NCBI RefSeq assembly: GCF_000155895.1
Contig: NZ_DS995298.1
Span: forward strand, 1,410,001 to 1,442,000
DNA: 32,000 nt
Direction: 5' to 3'
Source: Candidatus Pelagibacter sp. HTCC7211
GTDB taxonomy: Bacteria; Pseudomonadota; Alphaproteobacteria; Pelagibacterales; Pelagibacteraceae
This document shows, in pieces, positions 27,527 through 32,000 of the stretch (position 1 is its first letter; each line of letters opens with the position of its first letter). The notes under the pieces are model-generated. The model worked only from the letters and a program-made list of their open reading frames with translations. It was not told the origin of the DNA and made no database searches. Position numbers and translations under genes: made by a program.

Positions 27527-27972
27527 CCTAGTTTTATATTCCAATTATAATTAAAATATGGATCATCAAAAGGTTTCCTGGACATTTCTTCAGCTTCATG
27601 AGGTATATCTGAGCAATTAGCAATTATTGAAAACTTATTTTCCACTGATTTAAAACCATTCCAAACTCTTGCGGGCACAGTTACTAAACTGTAATTTTCT
27701 GTTGTCAGAAAAATTTCTTGTAATTCACCTTTGGTAGAACTTTCAGGTCTATCATCAAACAATACTAATTTTATTTTACCTATAACGCAGACATAATTAA
27801 CGGTCATTCTTTTATGTAAATGCCAAGCTTTTACTGTATTTGGATGAGAATATGAAAAATATATTTCACCAAACTTAGTAAAATTTGGATCATCATTTCT
27901 CATCATGTGCATGATTTTTCCTCTTTCATCAATAATTTGTTTTTTAGGGATAATTTTGACACCTTCAATCAT
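27523..27972 (-). CDS. Small RmlC-like cupin, probable NDP-4-keto-6-deoxyhexose 3- and/or 5-epimerase
   Basis: 149 aa. The pattern DERGKIMHM...GEIYFSYSHPNTVKAWHLHKRMTVNYVCVIGKIKLVLFDDRPESSTKG follows the RmlC pattern DERG.F.E...RG.H.H......V.G....V..D.R..S.T.G. The gene overlaps rfbG by 8 nt. Confidence 0.7.
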   Translation of the reverse strand: MIEGVKIIPKKQIIDERGKIMHMMRNDDPNFTKFGEIYFSYSHPNTVKAWHLHKRMTVNYVCVIGKIKLVLFDDRPESSTKGELQEIFLTTENYSLVTVPARVWNGFKSVENKFSIIANCSDIPHEAEEMSRKPFDDPYFNYNWNIKLG

Positions 27973-29020
27973 AGAAAAAACTTGTAAATTGTTTTTTGCT
28001 TAACTTATCAATATTCTTTTTATCATATATATAACATTGGTACCAATGCGCTGTCATTTTAAGAGTTTTGATAAAAGAGAGTTTTGGCTTCCACTTGAGA
28101 TATTTTTTTGATTTATTTATTTTTAAACTTAATAATCCAGTTTCTTCTAAATTCATATCTTTTTTTACAAAAATTCTCTTTTTTACTCCCATAATTTCTA
28201 CTAATCTCAAAACTACTTCTTTTACTGTTACGTTGCCTTTGGCTGGCCCAAAATTCCAAGACCCATTGTAATTACTTCTTCCATATATCTTCTTACTTAA
28301 AATCAAATAACCATTTAAGAGATCAAAAATATGTTGCCATGGTCGAGTAGCCTTAGGACTTCTTAAAGTAAATTTTTGATTATGAATAATAGATTTAATG
28401 AAATCAGGAATAATTCTATCTTTTGACCAATCACCGCCCCCTATAACATTCCCAGCTCTCACAGATACAAGACCTAATTTTTTTTTTTTCTGAAAGAAAG
28501 ATTCTTTATATGAGTAAAATATATTTTCAGCAGCAGCTTTTGAAGCACTATAAGGATCTTTGCCTCCCAATTCATCATTTTCTGAATAACCAGATCTTTT
28601 TTCATAATTTTTATAACATTTGTCTGATGTAATTATTACTGCTGATTTTATACTTTTAGTATTTTTTATAGCTTCTAAAATATTTAGAGTTCCAATTATA
28701 TTTGTAGTAAATGTAAATTTTGAATCTAAATAAGAATCTTTTACTAAAGGTTGTGCTGCTAAATGAAAAATAATATCAGGTTTAAATTTTTTAATTTTTT
28801 TAGATAAATTTTTTTCATCTCTAACATCACCAAAAATATTTTCGATTTTATTTTCTAATTTTAACAAATAAAAATTATCAAATTTATATTTTGGTTTTAA
28901 GCTATACCCTGCTATTTTTGCTCCGCTTAAATATAAAATATATGTCAACCATGAACCTTTGAAACCCGTATGACCTGTAATGAAAATTTTTTTTCCTCTA
29001 AAAAATTTTAAATCTAGCAT
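27965..29020 (-). CDS. rfbG: CDP-glucose 4,6-dehydratase
   Basis: 351 aa. FRGKKIFITGHTGFKGSWLTYILYLSGAKIAGYSLKP is the RfbG/DdhB N-terminal signature. Catalytic motif DPYSASKAAAE. Confidence 0.9.
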   Translation of the reverse strand: MLDLKFFRGKKIFITGHTGFKGSWLTYILYLSGAKIAGYSLKPKYKFDNFYLLKLENKIENIFGDVRDEKNLSKKIKKFKPDIIFHLAAQPLVKDSYLDSKFTFTTNIIGTLNILEAIKNTKSIKSAVIITSDKCYKNYEKRSGYSENDELGGKDPYSASKAAAENIFYSYKESFFQKKKKLGLVSVRAGNVIGGGDWSKDRIIPDFIKSIIHNQKFTLRSPKATRPWQHIFDLLNGYLILSKKIYGRSNYNGSWNFGPAKGNVTVKEVVLRLVEIMGVKKRIFVKKDMNLEETGLLSLKINKSKKYLKWKPKLSFIKTLKMTAHWYQCYIYDKKNIDKLSKKQFTSFFYD

Positions 29021-30298
29021 TTAGTTAATAGAATATGACATGCTGTTAAAATTGGATCTTAAATATTTTTTATAATTATTTTTATCAACAACATGAAATA
29101 TAGGTAGATGAAATATCAGTTTACCTCCTTTTTTAATATAGTTCATTTCCTGTTTAATAACTTCTGATCTAAAAGACCAAATCAAAACTAAAAGATATTT
29201 AGGGTTTCGTTTCCTCATTATTTCCTTTGAAACTATTTTAATATTAGTACCTGGAGTATACCTATTATACTTAAATGGATTAGTGTCACATATTAATGGA
29301 ATATCTTTATTTGTAATTCCCAAATGATTTAAGACGATATTTCCTTTAGTTGAAGCGCCATATCCCATTATATCTTTTGCAGAAATGTTTTTTAAAAATT
29401 CTAAAACTGTTTTCTTTACATTATCCACTCTGTCTTGAAAAAGGTTAAAGATGTTTTTTGAAATTTTAGACTCTTCTTCAAAAATTTTTTGCACAATTGG
29501 CTTTGGTTTTATTTTAGAGACTCTTTTTGCGCAAACAACTTCTATACTTCCACCATTAATTTCATTAAAACTTAGGTCAATAACTTTCATTTGATTATTT
29601 TCTAAAATTTTATCAAATGTGGTTAGTGAGTAATAAGTAACATGCTCATGGCATATTTGATCATAAGTTAGATTTTTGAATAAAAGTGGTAAATATGAAA
29701 ACTCAACTATCCAAATACCATCTTTATTTAAAAGTTCACTAATATCTTTACAAAAACTATTGGGATCTTCAATGTCATAAAACATTGCAAATGAGGTGAT
29801 AATATTAAATTTTTTTCTTATTTGATCTTTTGTCATATTTCCTAATAATTTTTTTTTTGAAAAATAATCTGTAATAACTGAGATATTTTTTTTATAATTA
29901 TCTAAAAATTTCTTTGATGATGGGTCCATACCAAAAAGCTCTACCCTTCTCAAACTAGACATAAAATTTAAAAAAGTTCCATCGTTTGACCCTATATCTA
30001 AGATTTGACCTTCAAGTAATTTTTTATAACTTTTTTTTATAGAATAAAATTTTTTTCTCATATGATTTACCATCAAAGGACTCAGAGAAGTATTATAACC
30101 ATAAGTTAATCCATACATATCATCTAAAGGTGGTAATGAACTAAATTGAACCAATCCACACTTGGGGCAAGTATATAAGTCTAAAGAATAATTTTTAAGC
30201 TTGTATTTAGGTTTATCATGAAAAACGCTACTGATTGGTTGTTTGCCAATTTTAAATACTTTTTTTAAATTTGGATTTTTACAATTTTTACACTTCAT
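29021..30298 (-). CDS. NDP-hexose C-methyltransferase (zinc-ribbon + SAM + C-terminal sugar-binding domain; TylCIII/TcaB9-type architecture)
   Basis: 425 aa. The N-terminal C3-x2-C6 ... C44-x2-C47 forms a zinc ribbon (MKCKNCKN...YTCPKCGLVQ). SAM motif ILDIGSNDGTFL. The long C-terminal domain has GYGASTKGN. The gene abuts rfbG with zero spacer. Confidence 0.75.
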   Translation of the reverse strand: MKCKNCKNPNLKKVFKIGKQPISSVFHDKPKYKLKNYSLDLYTCPKCGLVQFSSLPPLDDMYGLTYGYNTSLSPLMVNHMRKKFYSIKKSYKKLLEGQILDIGSNDGTFLNFMSSLRRVELFGMDPSSKKFLDNYKKNISVITDYFSKKKLLGNMTKDQIRKKFNIITSFAMFYDIEDPNSFCKDISELLNKDGIWIVEFSYLPLLFKNLTYDQICHEHVTYYSLTTFDKILENNQMKVIDLSFNEINGGSIEVVCAKRVSKIKPKPIVQKIFEEESKISKNIFNLFQDRVDNVKKTVLEFLKNISAKDIMGYGASTKGNIVLNHLGITNKDIPLICDTNPFKYNRYTPGTNIKIVSKEIMRKRNPKYLLVLIWSFRSEVIKQEMNYIKKGGKLIFHLPIFHVVDKNNYKKYLRSNFNSMSYSIN

Positions 30299-30306
30299 TA
30301 CTGTGC

Positions 30307-31452
30307 TTATAATTTAAATTCTCTTAGTTTGCTATTAATAAAGCTTATCTCTTTATTTTTTAAATGAGGATGCAAAGGCAAAGTAACTAATTCTTTCCAA
30401 ACTTTAAGAGCGATTGGTATTTTAGATTTAAACTTTTTATACAATGGATGCAAAGGTAATGGCATCAAATGAACACTAGTTGAGATATTATGTTTTTTTA
30501 GATAAGAAATTAATTTGTCTCTATTTTTTGATCTTATTGAAAACATCCAGTATGATGATTTATTTAGATCATAGGGAAATGTTGGAATTAAATTTTTACA
30601 TTTTTTTAAATTTTTTAAATATTTTTTTAAAAACTTTATTCTTGAATTATTAAGAAATGATAATTTTTTTAATTGTACTCTACCAATAGAAGCTTCAAGA
30701 TCATTCATATTGTATTTAAAACCAAGTTGATTTATTTCGTAATACCAATGAAGATTTTGTTTGTTTTTTTTTTTATTATTTGAAAATCTTTGCTTATGTC
30801 TTAATAAAGGGTCTTTATCCCATCCATGAAAACTTAATGATTTTAATTTTTTTGCAATATGAGTATTATTTGTAACGATCATTCCACCATCACCCGTTGT
30901 CATCATTTTTTTTTCCTCAAAACTAAAGCAACCAAAGTGACCCCAAGTACCAATTTTTTTTCCTTTATAGTAGCCTCCACAAGTTTCGGCACAATCTTCT
31001 ATTACAATTAATTTTTTTTGATTAGCAAATTTCATAATCCTATCCATTTCACAGGGATGTCCCCCAAAATGAACTGGCATGATAGCTACACAATCTTTAG
31101 TAAATTTTTTTTTCAAATCATCTAGGCTCATATTTAAATCATTTTTGTTTATGTCCACAAAAACTGGGATTAAACCACAATATAAAACTACTGCTGCAGT
31201 TGCGCTAAAAGTTATCGCTGGAACTAAAACTTTTTTTCCTTTTTTAAAATTGTTGCATAAAAGAGCAAGGTGCAAAGCTGCTGTACATGAATTTACTGCT
31301 ATACTGTGTTTAACCCCAAAATGTTTATTCCATTCTGCTTCAAATTTTTGTACTTCGGTTCCATAACCTATCCATGATCTTTTAAAAACTTTTTTTACTG
31401 AATTTAGTTCTTTAGAACCTAACGAAGGTTGAAACAGCCTAATATTATTCAT
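30307..31452 (-). CDS. DegT/DnrJ/EryC1/StrS-family PLP-dependent sugar aminotransferase
   Basis: 381 aa. Motifs VNSCTAALHLAL, VIEDCAE and FSFEEKKMMTTGDGGM, where the Schiff-base Lys is retained. This argues for an aminotransferase rather than a His-containing dehydrase. Confidence 0.85.
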   Translation of the reverse strand: MNNIRLFQPSLGSKELNSVKKVFKRSWIGYGTEVQKFEAEWNKHFGVKHSIAVNSCTAALHLALLCNNFKKGKKVLVPAITFSATAAVVLYCGLIPVFVDINKNDLNMSLDDLKKKFTKDCVAIMPVHFGGHPCEMDRIMKFANQKKLIVIEDCAETCGGYYKGKKIGTWGHFGCFSFEEKKMMTTGDGGMIVTNNTHIAKKLKSLSFHGWDKDPLLRHKQRFSNNKKKNKQNLHWYYEINQLGFKYNMNDLEASIGRVQLKKLSFLNNSRIKFLKKYLKNLKKCKNLIPTFPYDLNKSSYWMFSIRSKNRDKLISYLKKHNISTSVHLMPLPLHPLYKKFKSKIPIALKVWKELVTLPLHPHLKNKEISFINSKLREFKL

Positions 31453-31455
31453 AAC

Positions 31456-32000
31456 TTATTTTTTCTTAAATATATAAGTTTGTATCTGAGAAAAATCTTT
31501 AGTGTGTTGATTTTCTGACATTGAATTTGCAATTTTTTCTAATGGATGATCATAATTTGTTTTTTCTTTCAAAAATTCTTTTGCATATCGCGCGTATACT
31601 AATCTTGTAATATAATAGAAATCGCTTGCAAATGGAGAAATTTCAACAAGTTTTATACTTTTAAATTCATGATTTCTTAATCTTTCATCATCAAAAAAAA
31701 GATTATGAAACGGAGGAATTATTTCATGAAGATCGTATTTTTTTCTTGCTAAATTAAGTCTTTTTTGGGCATCAGCAGAACTTTCAACTAATACCATTAA
31801 TCCGTCATCTTTTAAAAAACTACCTAAATTTTCTATTGTTTGAATTTGTAGATCTTGCTCTAAAACATTTTGTATAGCCCTTTTTGAAATTATGAAATCA
31901 TATTTTTTTTCAAAAGAGGAGCTAGTAATGTCAGTCATATCCTGTTGAATAAAATTATGTTTATCTGAATTAGATTTTTTAGAACAAACATCAATTAAGT
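31456..32000 (-). CDS. Class I SAM-dependent methyltransferase, 5'-truncated by the window edge
   Basis: The track starts this ORF at Met 31938. Reading the same frame by hand, it stays open to the window end (...LIDVCSKKSNSDKHNFIQQD-MTDI...). The downstream segment YDFIISKRAIQNV...LKDDGLMVLVE resembles post-I/II methyltransferase motifs, so the true start is beyond 32000. Confidence 0.6.
   Translation of the reverse strand, partial: LIDVCSKKSNSDKHNFIQQDMTDITSSSFEKKYDFIISKRAIQNVLEQDLQIQTIENLGSFLKDDGLMVLVESSADAQKRLNLARKKYDLHEIIPPFHNLFFDDERLRNHEFKSIKLVEISPFASDFYYITRLVYARYAKEFLKEKTNYDHPLEKIANSMSENQHTKDFSQIQTYIFKKK

Noticed and set aside
27527-27544. The longer rfbF start at 27544 (MEYKTRMKVV...) given by the ORF track.
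   Set aside because: The ATG at 27526 gives the conserved family N-terminus MKVVILAGGKGTRL and forms an ATGA stop/start overlap with the upstream cupin gene. The extra six residues would overlap that gene by 22 nt.
25920-32000. Interpreting the rfbF/rfbG cassette as a classical 3,6-dideoxyhexose (abequose/paratose/tyvelose) pathway.
   Set aside because: No E1 (DdhC/RfbH, PMP- and Fe-S-dependent dehydrase) or E3 (DdhD/RfbI reductase) is present in the window. The DegT-family protein keeps the PLP lysine, and a C-methyltransferase is present instead. This remains open only if ddhC/ddhD lie beyond 32000.

Overview
AT-rich, almost spacer-free window. Hand-sampled GC is about 34% in a core gene and as low as 15% in part of the accessory block. 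The features fit a streamlined marine alphaproteobacterium (Pelagibacterales/SAR11-like), but that taxonomic call is inference from protein signatures and architecture, since no search was possible. There are three blocks. (i) 1-6584, + strand: tkt (3' end)-gap-pgk-fba (class I)-thiE-efp-suhB-rpmE-DUF1013-rpsU-initiator tRNA-Met. (ii) 6593-11360, - strand: a transaldolase-family gene, the three-part transhydrogenase pntAA/pntAB/pntB, two small genes absent from the ORF track (a 36-aa membrane protein and 41-aa ribosomal protein L36), an SDR epimerase, and a 5S rRNA gene that two track ORFs mistranslate. (iii) 11470-32000, - strand: 19 co-directional surface-glycan genes. These are a Wzz-like co-polymerase, a Wzy_C ligase-family protein, a CapD/WbpM-type dehydratase, a small PglC-type phosphoglycosyltransferase, SDRs, GT2/GT4 transferases, a second Wzy-like polymerase, an MBOAT acyltransferase with an SGNH-like partner, a NodU/CmcH carbamoyltransferase, and a CDP-hexose cassette with a sugar C-methyltransferase, an aminotransferase and a further methyltransferase. 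I saw no CRISPR, transposase, integrase, phage or recognisable defence genes. The best candidate for something new is the rRNA-embedded glycan island, which has SAR11 HVR2-type architecture. Within it, the notable parts are the predicted CDP-activated C-methyl amino-sugar pathway and the acetylation and carbamoylation decoration genes. The 5S rRNA gene is also wedged between protein-coding genes with no room for a terminator.
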